Assembly (NCBI GenBank): GCA_903827265.1
Contig: CAIKHN010000024.1
Coordinates: 69,332 to 117,653, forward strand
Length of the DNA: 48,322 bases
Origin: Candidatus Uhrbacteria bacterium
Lineage (GTDB): Bacteria; Patescibacteriota; Patescibacteriia; UBA9934
Direction: 5' to 3'
A model generated the notes under the pieces. The model did not search any database. It saw only the letters and a program-made list of their open reading frames with translations, and was not told the DNA's origin. The translations under genes were made by a program, and so were the position numbers. This document shows, piece after piece, positions 1-7,990 of the stretch. The first letter of the stretch is position 1. Every line of letters starts with the position of its first letter.

Positions 1-339
1 TTCGTGGAGTGCACTGCTCAAGCAAAGCACATCGGAACGATCGTCTACAACGAAGGGCCGGAATTCGAAAGTGAGGACGATCGTGTGTCCATCGACCAAC
101 CGGGAGCGGTGAGCGTGGGCATGAGCCTGGTTCCGCAGGCCGCGCTCTGGGCATACTTCACCGTCACCGCCGGCCTGAAGCCGAAGGAAGACGCGTTCAT
201 CGTGGCGGTGTCCTGCATCAGCAACGGCAAGGAGGACCCCCACGGACACCCCTCCAACACCGCGGTTCTGCGGAGCAAAGCGACGGAACTCGGTCTCGTG
301 CTCGAGGGCGTCGTAAAAACCGTTGCGACGATCTGCTGA
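1..339 (+). CDS. hypothetical protein, C-terminal part (ORF open at window edge); GC-rich orphan
   Basis: Frame-1 ORF is open from nt 1 to TGA 337-339, with no recognisable motif. Hand-counted G+C is about 55-67% per 60-nt line, versus about 42-52% in nearby housekeeping genes. A strong intrinsic terminator follows within a few nt. Confidence 0.4.
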   Translation, partial: FVECTAQAKHIGTIVYNEGPEFESEDDRVSIDQPGAVSVGMSLVPQAALWAYFTVTAGLKPKEDAFIVAVSCISNGKEDPHGHPSNTAVLRSKATELGLVLEGVVKTVATIC

Positions 340-343
340 TCCC

Positions 344-387
344 CCACGCCTCGCGGCGGCCCTTACCCGGCCGCCGCGTTCGCTTTT
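344..387 (+). repeat. 44-bp exact direct repeat, copy 1; contains an intrinsic terminator
   Basis: ccacgcctcgcggcggcccttacccggccgccgcgttcgctttt is identical to 1036-1079. The hairpin is GCGGCGGCC-CTTACCC-GGCCGCCGC followed by a T-run. Confidence 0.9.
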
Positions 388-409
388 TATTTAATATTAG
401 CCACTTTTC

Positions 410-438
410 TTGACTTTTTGGCGATTTTTTGTTATAGT
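410..438 (+). promoter_or_regulatory. sigma70-like promoter TTGACT-17-TATAGT
   Basis: TTGACT at 410-415, 17-nt spacer, TATAGT at 433-438. It lies in an AT-rich spacer between two GC-rich ORFs. Confidence 0.6.
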
Positions 439-487
439 AAAGGGGTTCCATCAGTTTCTCGCACCAAACCCGAACCCGGAAATCACC

Positions 488-1030
488 GTGAGCCATCCCT
501 CACTTTGCCCTCACTGCAACTCCCCGCTCGTTCCCTTCAACCTGCTCGAGGACGACCGGCGCTTCGGCGTCGTGTGCTCCGGAGCAACGCTCGAGAACGG
601 TCTGACCCCTGACGGACTGCGCTGCTCCAAGGTGTACCAGCACGAATTCGGCTTCGTCGGCGAACGTTTCGTGAGCATCGACTGCAAGATCCGCTCCGAC
701 GGACCGCCGACGAAACCCTCTCTTCGGGAGCGTTTCGCCGACGGGCTCGCGATGTTCGTCCTCGAAATCCCCTTGCTGCCGGGGTGGGTCGGAGCAATCT
801 GTGAAGACCAGCTCTTCAAGTACCGGCTGGTGGTCGAATCCTGGTTCGTCCTCTACGATCCGAATGAACCGTACATCTCCCCGGAACAAGAAACGGCGAT
901 CCTCGCGGACGCCGAAGCTGATCGGCTGGGAGAGGAGTGGTCGCCTCTGGATGAGGCATACTACCCAGACGTGTATTGGGAAGATTGCGTCGATCTGGAT
1001 GACGACTCGGATCCGGCGACCAAACCCTGA
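488..1030 (+). CDS. hypothetical protein, GC-rich orphan, acidic C-terminus, CPHC motif near N-terminus
   Basis: The ORF track gives 410-1030, but its first 80 nt overlap the predicted promoter. The in-frame GTG at 488 is the first plausible start; the true start is uncertain. G+C is clearly above the window background. The ORF ends 5 nt before copy 2 of the 44-bp terminator repeat. Confidence 0.45.
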   Translation: MSHPSLCPHCNSPLVPFNLLEDDRRFGVVCSGATLENGLTPDGLRCSKVYQHEFGFVGERFVSIDCKIRSDGPPTKPSLRERFADGLAMFVLEIPLLPGWVGAICEDQLFKYRLVVESWFVLYDPNEPYISPEQETAILADAEADRLGEEWSPLDEAYYPDVYWEDCVDLDDDSDPATKP

Positions 1031-1035
1031 CCACA

Positions 1036-1079
1036 CCACGCCTCGCGGCGGCCCTTACCCGGCCGCCGCGTTCGCTTTT
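1036..1079 (+). repeat. 44-bp exact direct repeat, copy 2; contains an intrinsic terminator
   Basis: Identical to 344-387, with the same hairpin and T-run. Confidence 0.9.
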
Positions 1080-1091
1080 CCACTGATCCTC

Positions 1092-1120
1092 TTGCTCCCC
1101 CACTCAATTCGGTGTATATT
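1092..1120 (+). promoter_or_regulatory. sigma70-like promoter TTGCTC-17-TATATT upstream of secE
   Basis: TTGCTC at 1092-1097, 17-nt spacer, TATATT at 1115-1120. It is followed by a mini-hairpin CCCC-GCAA-GGGG plus T6 at 1130-1147. Confidence 0.5.
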
Positions 1121-1163
1121 CTCCCCGTTCCCCGCAAGGGGTTTTTTGATACACTACTTTCAT

Positions 1164-1367
1164 ATGCAACGCATTCTCAACAATCCAGCGGTGAAGTACT
1201 TCCGTGAAGCACGGATGGAGCTGGAAAAGGTTTCTTGGCCAAGCCGCAAAGACACCATCATGTATTCATCGATTGTCCTTATTCTCAGTCTTGCGACCGC
1301 AGTCTTCATTGGCGCGCTCGACCTCGGCTTGAGCAAAGGCCTCGAGTTCCTTATTTCCAAAGTCTAA
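1164..1367 (+). CDS. secE: preprotein translocase subunit SecE
   Basis: 67-aa protein with a single C-terminal TM helix (IVLILSLATAVFIGALDLGL). It lies immediately upstream of nusG, the conserved position. Confidence 0.85.
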   Translation: MQRILNNPAVKYFREARMELEKVSWPSRKDTIMYSSIVLILSLATAVFIGALDLGLSKGLEFLISKV

Positions 1368-1369
1368 GT

Positions 1370-1915
1370 ATGGCAAAACAAACCGCCAATTACGGCCGAC
1401 GCTGGTACGTCATTCACACATACTCTGGATACGAAGAGAGTGTTGTGGAAGCGCTCACTCAGCGTATGAGCACCATGGACATGGAGGAGAAGATTTTCAA
1501 TATTCTCGTTCCAAAGGAAAAGAAGATCAAAATCAAAAACGGAGCCCGTAAGGTTATCGAGGAAAAGATTTTCCCAGGCTACGTGCTCGTGGAAATGATC
1601 GTGACCGACGACAGCTGGTACGTGGTGCGCAATACGCCAAACGTTACCGGATTCATCGGAACCGGAAACACACCAACACCGATTCCTCAGGAACAGGTTG
1701 ACGATCTCATGAAGCGTGTGGGCGTTGCCGAGCCAGAATTCAAGATCGACGTCGAAAAGGGTTCCCTCGTTGCTATCACCGACGGTCCGTTCAAGGGCCA
1801 GCAAGGAAAGGTGGACGACGTGGATATGTCCCGCGGAAAGGTCAAAGTCATGGTTTCCATGTTCGGCCGCGAAACGCCGCTCGAACTGGACTTCCTCCAG
1901 GTCAAAAAGGTCTAA
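1370..1915 (+). CDS. nusG: transcription termination/antitermination factor NusG
   Basis: NGN start WYVIHTYSGYE, FPGYVLVEM, and a C-terminal KOW motif (GPFKGQQGKV). Confidence 0.95.
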   Translation: MAKQTANYGRRWYVIHTYSGYEESVVEALTQRMSTMDMEEKIFNILVPKEKKIKIKNGARKVIEEKIFPGYVLVEMIVTDDSWYVVRNTPNVTGFIGTGNTPTPIPQEQVDDLMKRVGVAEPEFKIDVEKGSLVAITDGPFKGQQGKVDDVDMSRGKVKVMVSMFGRETPLELDFLQVKKV

Positions 1916-1920
1916 GAATA

Positions 1921-1952
1921 AAAACGCTCCGAGCAATCGGGGCGTTTTTGTA
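1921..1952 (+). terminator. intrinsic terminator after nusG
   Basis: Hairpin ACGCTCCG-agcaat-CGGGGCGT followed by TTTTTG. Confidence 0.7.
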
Positions 1953-1973
1953 TTGATGATACAATCGGCGAAT

Positions 1974-2597
1974 ATGATGGATGCAGAACGCCTCAAAGTT
2001 CAAGAATCGATACCGGATCGTCTAAAGAAAGAAGGGACCGTTGCGTTTGACGTGAACGCTACCCAACAGGAAGAAGAAGCAATCCGAACGGTGAGTATCG
2101 AAAGTGAACCCGAAGATTTCGATTATTATGGAAGTGACATGGCCGAGCTTGAGGCGCTGCTCCGTCACCATTTACAACGTATTGGATCGAATTCCAACGA
2201 AACGCTCGATGCAATCTCCAAACTCATCACGAGGACCGTCGGCGACATGAAGACTCGATTCCAGCAAACATCCGCATGGACAACGGTACGAATCTTTCTT
2301 CCGAGCGATATTTTCGATGCTCCGCGCTGGCATTCAGACGGGCATTACGTCAAGGACGAGGGCGGCGAGTTCATTTCGGAGGAGTACAAGCTTGAATTCG
2401 CCCCAAAAGGAGCCCCAACCCGATTCCGCAACTTCTCCGTAAAAGAAGGCCAAGCGGTCATCTATAGGGTTGGCGAACGCGAGACGAATGCCCACAGCGA
2501 ACCTGAAATCAAAACTCCAAGAATCTTTACATCGACGATCGTCGGATCACACGCGCAGATTGAAGAGCTTCAACGTCGTTTTTCATCCCAAGAATAG
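1974..2597 (+). CDS. hypothetical protein; possible small Fe(II)/2OG-dioxygenase-like fold (WHSD ... H)
   Basis: ATG at 1974 follows the nusG terminator. PRWHSDGHY and a later NAHSEPE could form an HxD...H facial triad, read by eye only. The gene is inserted between nusG and rplK. Confidence 0.35.
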   Translation: MMDAERLKVQESIPDRLKKEGTVAFDVNATQQEEEAIRTVSIESEPEDFDYYGSDMAELEALLRHHLQRIGSNSNETLDAISKLITRTVGDMKTRFQQTSAWTTVRIFLPSDIFDAPRWHSDGHYVKDEGGEFISEEYKLEFAPKGAPTRFRNFSVKEGQAVIYRVGERETNAHSEPEIKTPRIFTSTIVGSHAQIEELQRRFSSQE

Positions 2598-2750
2598 CCA
2601 CAATGCAGAGCACCCCGATTGCCCAGGGCGCTTTTGTATTTTGCTTTTTCTTCAATATTCCAGTACGCTAGGCAGCCCGCTCATTTCACGGTGCACAACC
2701 GGTGGTCATCTCTGGCCATCGGTTCCACCCCGCGAAACGGACTCGACCAG

Positions 2751-3017
2751 ATGAATCCCCGCATCAACGCCCGCCGTATCCTCCCCGCAATCCCCGCCAT
2801 CCTCGTGATCGTCATGAGTACAGCCGTCGGAGTCATCGGAGGGCTCTTCAGTCCTGCCGGCACCACGTTCGGCTTCACGCTTCTCGGCGTGTTCGCCCTC
2901 ATCATGGTCGCCCTGGGAATGAAGACAACGGAGCGCTCCGCCAAGGTCCTCCTCTTCATGGGCATCGGAATCGTTTGCGTCCCAGTCGGGGCAATTGTGA
3001 CTGGGCTTCTGCAGTAG
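2751..3017 (+). CDS. small hydrophobic membrane protein, GC-rich orphan
   Basis: 88 aa with 2-3 predicted TM segments (ILVIVMSTAVGVIGGLF, FTLLGVFALIMVALG, IGIVCVPVGAIVTGLL). G+C is well above background. The start is uncertain, since the ORF is open from 2619. Confidence 0.5.
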   Translation: MNPRINARRILPAIPAILVIVMSTAVGVIGGLFSPAGTTFGFTLLGVFALIMVALGMKTTERSAKVLLFMGIGIVCVPVGAIVTGLLQ

Positions 3018-3044
3018 GCATACGGCCACTGCGCCCACAACGTT

Positions 3045-3084
3045 CGACGTCGGCTCCTCAGAGCCGACGTCGTTCCTATTTTAT
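3045..3084 (+). terminator. intrinsic terminator
   Basis: Perfect 11-bp stem GACGTCGGCTC-ctca-GAGCCGACGTC (3046-3071) followed by a T-rich tail. Confidence 0.8.
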
Positions 3085-3179
3085 TGACTTTCTTAGCCAA
3101 TCCTGGCACACTTTCCGCACTAAATAACGACGTGGTCGCTTCGGCTAAATACTGAGGAATCCACTGTAAAAAAGATCGT

Positions 3180-3605
3180 ATGGCAAAGAAGATCAAAGCC
3201 GTCATCAAAGTCCAGTCAATCGGAGGACGCGCAACGCCTGCTCCACCACTCGGACCAGCGCTCGGTGCTCAAGGTGTAAACATTCAGCAGTTCGTGCAGG
3301 AATTCAATGCACAAACACAGGACCGCATGGGAGAAACTGTTCCAGCGATCATCACCATTTACGAAGACCGCACATTCAGCTTCATTCTCAAGACTGCTCC
3401 AGCGAGCGACTTGGTGAAAAAAATCATCGGCCTTGAAAAAGGATCCGGAAAGCCGCTCACCGAAAAGGTGGGAAAAATCACCCAGGCTCAGTTGCGCGAA
3501 GTTGCCATGAAGAAAATGCCAGACTTGAACACGACTAACGTGGAAGCTGCTATGAAGATCATTGCAGGAACGTGCCGACAGATGGGTGTGGACGTGATTG
3601 CTTAA
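3180..3605 (+). CDS. rplK: 50S ribosomal protein L11
   Basis: [34 protein letters not shown] is the typical L11 N-domain. Confidence 0.97.
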   Translation: MAKKIKAVIKVQSIGGRATPAPPLGPALGAQGVNIQQFVQEFNAQTQDRMGETVPAIITIYEDRTFSFILKTAPASDLVKKIIGLEKGSGKPLTEKVGKITQAQLREVAMKKMPDLNTTNVEAAMKIIAGTCRQMGVDVIA

Positions 3606-3658
3606 ACTAATATCGTGGGAGATCGATTCCGATCGTTAACACCACTAACCAAAACACT

Positions 3659-4345
3659 ATGACCGGCAAGCGAATGACTAGCGCAAAGCAGATGATCGAC
3701 AAGAAGAAGCTGTACGCCGTAAAGGACGCTGTTGCGCTCTTGAAGGAAACAGCAAAGGCAAAGTTCGACGAGACGGTTGAATTGCACTTCGCGCTTGGAG
3801 TCGATCCAAAGCAGGGCGATCAGCAGATTCGTGGAACCGTTACGTTGCCACACGGCACCGGCAAGACGAAGCGCGTGATTGCCTTCGTCGACGCAAACAA
3901 CGAAGCTGCAGCAAAGGCAGCGGGCGCAGACATTATCGGAACCGAAGAAGTACTCGAAACAATTATCCGCACCGGAAAAATTGACTTCGACGTCGCTGTC
4001 GCTGTTCCAAGCATGATGCCAAAGCTCGCGAAAGCCGCAAAAATTCTCGGACCTCGCGGACTCATGCCAAACCCAAAGACTGACACCGTTGGTCCAAACA
4101 TTGGAAAGATCATCGAGGAACAGAAGGGCGGAAAGGTCGCGTTTAAAAACGACAACACCGCAAACGTTCACATGATCGTTGGAAAAGCTTCGTTCAGCGC
4201 AGAAAACCTCGTGAACAACCTCGCAGTTGCTATCGAAGCAATTCGCAAGGTGAAGCCAGCATCAAGCAAGGGTATCTACATGAAGTCGGTCACCATGACC
4301 TCAACCATGGGTCCAGCAATCAAGCTCGATCAGGCGTCAGTGTAA
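3659..4345 (+). CDS. rplA: 50S ribosomal protein L1
   Basis: KFDETVELHFALGVDPKQGDQQIRGTVTLPHGTGK is the typical L1 signature. The gene follows rplK. Confidence 0.97.
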   Translation: MTGKRMTSAKQMIDKKKLYAVKDAVALLKETAKAKFDETVELHFALGVDPKQGDQQIRGTVTLPHGTGKTKRVIAFVDANNEAAAKAAGADIIGTEEVLETIIRTGKIDFDVAVAVPSMMPKLAKAAKILGPRGLMPNPKTDTVGPNIGKIIEEQKGGKVAFKNDNTANVHMIVGKASFSAENLVNNLAVAIEAIRKVKPASSKGIYMKSVTMTSTMGPAIKLDQASV

Positions 4346-4363
4346 GAAAAGGCAGTAGCCAAA

Positions 4364-4402
4364 AATCCCCTCGATTCGAAAGAATCCGAGGGGATTTTGT
4401 TT
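4364..4402 (+). terminator. intrinsic terminator after rplA
   Basis: Long hairpin AATCCCCTCGATTC-gaaa-GAATCCGAGGGGATT followed by TTGTTTG. Confidence 0.85.
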
Positions 4403-4453
4403 GTCCACATGATCGATTATGCATCCTGCCGATCACTGCTAAACTCGGGACAT

Positions 4454-5047
4454 ATGTCCTCGCCCTATCACGATCCGTTTGGTCCGGGGTCGAACGTAAA
4501 AAATCGAATTATCCGCGATCACGCAAAGCTCTCCTTGGTGATCGAGAGCCTCCGAACATTAGGAATGAAGATCGTCCTTACACAAGGCTCATACGATCTC
4601 GTTCACATTGGCCACGCTCGATATCTTGAAGCAGCGAAAAGCAAGGGGGATATTCTCGTTATTGGAATTGATAACGACGAAAAGATTCGCGCACGAAAAG
4701 GACCAGAACGCCCAGTAGTCCCAGAAGATGAACGCATGGAAATGGTGAGTAATCTTCGCCACGTCGATATTGTGGTTCCAAAAACACTGAAAGACCCTAA
4801 ATGGAATCTCATCAAGCTCATTAAGCCCGATGTGCTTGTCGCAACCAAAGAAACGTATTCAAAAAAAGAGCTTACCGATCTCAAGAAATATTGCGGCGAG
4901 GTTGTAGTACTCGAACGCATGGCGACCACGTCTACGAGTGCGAAAATTCGTCATTTACAAATTACCACCGCGAATAAACTCGAACGCATTCTCACACCAA
5001 AAATTCTAAAAGTCCTTCAGGAAACACTCAAAGGCATCGAAGGATAA
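4454..5047 (+). CDS. cytidylyltransferase-family nucleotidyltransferase (RfaE domain II / RibL / TagD-like, HxGH)
   Basis: TQGSYDLVHIGHARYLEAAKSKGDILVIGIDNDEKIRARKGPERPVVPEDERMEMV is the HIGH-type nucleotidyltransferase motif. The substrate cannot be assigned. The start could be 4397, 4409 or 4454. Confidence 0.7.
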   Translation: MSSPYHDPFGPGSNVKNRIIRDHAKLSLVIESLRTLGMKIVLTQGSYDLVHIGHARYLEAAKSKGDILVIGIDNDEKIRARKGPERPVVPEDERMEMVSNLRHVDIVVPKTLKDPKWNLIKLIKPDVLVATKETYSKKELTDLKKYCGEVVVLERMATTSTSAKIRHLQITTANKLERILTPKILKVLQETLKGIEG

Positions 5048-5055
5048 TTGCCGAT

Positions 5056-5895
5056 ATGTCGCCGATAATCATCGCGTATATTCCCGTATTACACGAAGGC
5101 TATCGACGCTTTTTTGAAAATCATCCAGACGCGAAAGAGCTCTGCGTCTTCGGAACCGACGTCATTCAATCGTACGAGCATCTTGTAAAAGATATCCGTA
5201 AACTCGATCCCTTTCTCATCCAGAAATCGATAGAAGCTTGGGGAATTTTTGATCGCGTAACTATCCTCGACGAAGCAAAAATACAAGAGATTCAAACACA
5301 GAACATCCCTATTATTATTTCCGACGACGACATCACCACCGAACTGGTCGCAAAGCATTTCTCTCAAAATCCTGCCGAGGTCGACACGATTTTTCTACGC
5401 TGGGACAAAAAAACTTCCATCGAACCAGTTCAGATTTCGCCTGACGTTACAGTAAGTACCGACGAGATCGACCAGGCGATGATGACGATCGCTCACGAAG
5501 AAGGTGCAAAGAGCAAAGACTGGTGGAGAAGGCTCGGTGCATTGGCGGTTCGCGAGAAAAAGATCATCATCCAAACACATAACATCTACACTCCAATCGA
5601 TCAGATCGCATATGACGAAGGAGATCCGCGAGGAAACTTTAAAAGTGGCGTAAACCTTGAATCTTCTCTCGCACTTCACGCCGAGGCTGGACTGGTTGCG
5701 CAAGCGGCAAAAGACGGAATTTCGCTCAAAGGAACCGACGTGTACGTCGAGGTATTCCCCTGTCCGCAATGCGCAAAGCTCCTCGCGTATTCCAATATAC
5801 GGCGACTGTATTACCGAATCGGCTACAAAGTTCTCGACGGTGAACGCATTTTAAAAAGCCAAGGCGTTGAAATTATTTTCGTGAGCAAAATCTAA
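5056..5895 (+). CDS. dCMP (deoxycytidylate) deaminase with an unassigned ~130-aa N-terminal domain
   Basis: The C-terminal half has the zinc motifs HAEAGLV ... PCPQCAKLL of the cytidine/deoxycytidylate deaminase family. I do not recognise the N-terminal domain (IIAYIPVLHEGYRRFF...). Confidence 0.8.
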   Translation: MSPIIIAYIPVLHEGYRRFFENHPDAKELCVFGTDVIQSYEHLVKDIRKLDPFLIQKSIEAWGIFDRVTILDEAKIQEIQTQNIPIIISDDDITTELVAKHFSQNPAEVDTIFLRWDKKTSIEPVQISPDVTVSTDEIDQAMMTIAHEEGAKSKDWWRRLGALAVREKKIIIQTHNIYTPIDQIAYDEGDPRGNFKSGVNLESSLALHAEAGLVAQAAKDGISLKGTDVYVEVFPCPQCAKLLAYSNIRRLYYRIGYKVLDGERILKSQGVEIIFVSKI

Positions 5896-5896
5896 A

Positions 5897-5922
5897 GGGC
5901 CGCCGCGTTTCCGCAGCGGCCC
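5897..5922. terminator. GC-rich bidirectional hairpin between convergent genes
   Basis: GGGCCGC-12 nt-GCGGCCC. A T/A-rich tail follows on the minus strand (TTTAGATTTT). On the minus strand it shares the 13-mer CGCGGCGGCCCTT with the 44-bp repeat. Confidence 0.6.
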
Positions 5923-5944
5923 CTCGTTGTGACATTCGTCACAT

Positions 5945-6523
5945 TTACTCCAACCGATCCTCCACGAGCCTCTGCTGCTCGGAAGAAAGGTCCGCGAACT
6001 GCGTTCCGGTACGCATGAGCTCGAACGCGATGGCGCGAGCATTCGATTCCGCCTCAGAAGCATCACCCTTGTAGAAAGGCGATTCTAACCTTCCCTTGCC
6101 ATTGGGCACCATCATGTGGCCATGAAGATGGTGGATCGAACCAGCCCCGAGCGTCGCATCGCCGTCACGCATGAGCACGCCATTGCTCGTGATAGCATGC
6201 ATGAAGCGAAGCTCCCGGAGAATGGCCCAGAACTGCGCACCGTCCACGTCGTCATCAAGCTCTTCCATGCTGAGGACATGGCGCTTGTGTGCGATGATGA
6301 AGTGATGCGCCGTAAAATCCTCCGGAGTAGGACTCTGCCAGGCACGCCAACAGCCGTTTTTCGCGATGACGACATTGAACTTCTCGTCCAGGTCACAGAA
6401 CGGGCACTTGCCAGCCAGCGCCTCGGCCACCGATCGTACGTACATCCTGTACTTGCGAGTACGCGCGAGAGCCGCGCACTGCCCCGGACTCAAACCCGGA
6501 ATTTGAAGACGGGAAAATTCCAT
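5945..6523 (-). CDS. HIT-family nucleotide hydrolase/transferase, GC-rich paralog
   Basis: Histidine triad GSIHHLHGHMMVP with an N-terminal CPFC. Hand-counted G+C is about 58-60%, versus about 42% for the neighbouring HIT gene. Confidence 0.7.
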   Translation of the reverse strand: MEFSRLQIPGLSPGQCAALARTRKYRMYVRSVAEALAGKCPFCDLDEKFNVVIAKNGCWRAWQSPTPEDFTAHHFIIAHKRHVLSMEELDDDVDGAQFWAILRELRFMHAITSNGVLMRDGDATLGAGSIHHLHGHMMVPNGKGRLESPFYKGDASEAESNARAIAFELMRTGTQFADLSSEQQRLVEDRLE

Positions 6524-6584
6524 GAATCACACTCCTTACCAGGATCTCTGGTGAGGGCTTTTTACACGAAAATCGCCTCCCTGG

Positions 6585-7070
6585 CTAGCTGAGCTTCTTA
6601 TAATTCTTCGGCTGGCCAAACTTAAACTTCCATGCCTCAGTTTCATCGAGAGCTTCGAGGTCGGGCTCAATGAGATGGGCATGAATATGAAGGACACTCG
6701 ATCCATAGCTTCCAAACGGCGACGATCCAAATCGCATCGCAACTCCTCCGCCAGGAATATTTCGCTTCTTCGCCTCTTCGCCAAACAAAAGAAAGAGCTC
6801 ACTTCCAGCCACCGGATCCATTTCCGAAATATGCTCGATGTGCGTTTTATAAATCGCAAGAAGTTGATGCTTTACCTTTTTGTACGGCCACTGATTTTCC
6901 GTAAGCAGCCAAAACTTCCCTTCGGCAATAATCGAGGCCTTATGATATTTTGCCAAATTCTCAGCACAAAACGGACAATGCCCTTCTTCCTGAATCTCTT
7001 CCATCACTTTCAGCTGCTCTTCGGTGCGAGCCGCGTTTACATTCACAAACCTGTTCTGTTCGTCAGACAT
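6585..7070 (-). CDS. HIT-family nucleotide hydrolase/transferase
   Basis: CPFCAENL ... SVLHIHAHLIEP contains the HxHxHxx triad. Confidence 0.75.
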   Translation of the reverse strand: MSDEQNRFVNVNAARTEEQLKVMEEIQEEGHCPFCAENLAKYHKASIIAEGKFWLLTENQWPYKKVKHQLLAIYKTHIEHISEMDPVAGSELFLLFGEEAKKRNIPGGGVAMRFGSSPFGSYGSSVLHIHAHLIEPDLEALDETEAWKFKFGQPKNYKKLS

Positions 7071-7078
7071 ACATTGCG

Positions 7079-7990
7079 CTAAATCGCAACAGGAATTCCC
7101 TTGATCCCAGGATGCGGTTCGTAGTCCTCAAGCGTAAAGTGTTCTTTTCTGAATGCAAAGAAATCTGTGACGTTCGGATCGAGCTTCATCGTCGCGAGTC
7201 TCTTTGGTTCGCGTGACAACATGGTTTCTACCGCTGGAATTTGATCAACGTAAATGTGCGCATCTGAAAAACTGTGAATATATTCGTGTGGAATTGTTCC
7301 CGTCACCTGCGCAATTATCATGAGCAACGCGCCGTATTGCACCATGTTCGACGGAACACCGACAGGAACATCGGCCGAACGTTGGAACATGTGCAGCGTG
7401 AGCTTGTTATCGATCACTCGCAAATGAATCCAACCATGGCATGGCGCAACCACAACTTTCTGTTCCTTTCCCGTACCGCGAATAATGTATTGCGGAACCC
7501 AAGGAGAAATAAAATGCGTACGCAAATGCGGGAACTCGATAATTTGTTCAATGATGTTTTTGAACTGGTTATATGTTCCGCCGTCTGCTGTTGGAAAATC
7601 GTGGAACGCAGCACCGTACGAACCCGGACCAAGATCGCCAGTTTCTAATCCACGCTTTGCGCACTTCTCTGGAGTTACCCACGATTGCCACCAATAACAT
7701 CCGAATTCCTCAAGTTCCTTTTGTGTCCGTGCGCCATTTGCGAATCCGCAAATCTCCGCAATAGCCTGTCTCCATACCGTTACCGGCAAATGCTCAGACT
7801 CTTTCGGCGCCATGTTTCGTTCGTTGATGATAGGAAAGCCGTTGTCGAATTTAAAATGCAGCGAATTTGGTCCCATGAGTGTAAGTGCATCGGTACCTTG
7901 CTGACTATTTGTGCGCTCCCCTTTTTCAAGAATATCCCGCAACAATCGCTGGTACTGTGCATCTGGCGTTCTGTCGACAATTGGCTTCAT
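7079..7990 (-). CDS. thyA: thymidylate synthase (ThyA family, divergent, with insertions)
   Basis: VAPCHGW (catalytic Cys), FQRSADVPVGVPSNMVQY, SDAHIY, and a C-terminal YEPHPGIKGIPVAI nearly identical to the canonical ThyA end. Confidence 0.85.
   Translation of the reverse strand: MKPIVDRTPDAQYQRLLRDILEKGERTNSQQGTDALTLMGPNSLHFKFDNGFPIINERNMAPKESEHLPVTVWRQAIAEICGFANGARTQKELEEFGCYWWQSWVTPEKCAKRGLETGDLGPGSYGAAFHDFPTADGGTYNQFKNIIEQIIEFPHLRTHFISPWVPQYIIRGTGKEQKVVVAPCHGWIHLRVIDNKLTLHMFQRSADVPVGVPSNMVQYGALLMIIAQVTGTIPHEYIHSFSDAHIYVDQIPAVETMLSREPKRLATMKLDPNVTDFFAFRKEHFTLEDYEPHPGIKGIPVAI

Noticed and set aside
344-1079. Whether the 44-bp repeats could be integron attC sites flanking a gene cassette.
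   Set aside because: I could not find the attC core sites (RYYYAAC / GTTRRRY), and no intI integrase lies in the window. The repeat has a T-run and behaves as a plain intrinsic terminator.
1121-1147. Mini-hairpin CCCC-GCAA-GGGG plus T6 between the predicted secE promoter and secE, as a possible attenuator.
   Set aside because: The stem is only 4 bp. It may simply be part of the preceding terminator region or a 5' UTR feature. The evidence is insufficient.
3606-3658. Hairpin GATCG-attc-CGATC preceded by GGGAG between rplK and rplA, as a possible L1 autoregulatory site.
   Set aside because: It is too short and generic for me to distinguish from chance, and I could not verify any 23S-mimic consensus.
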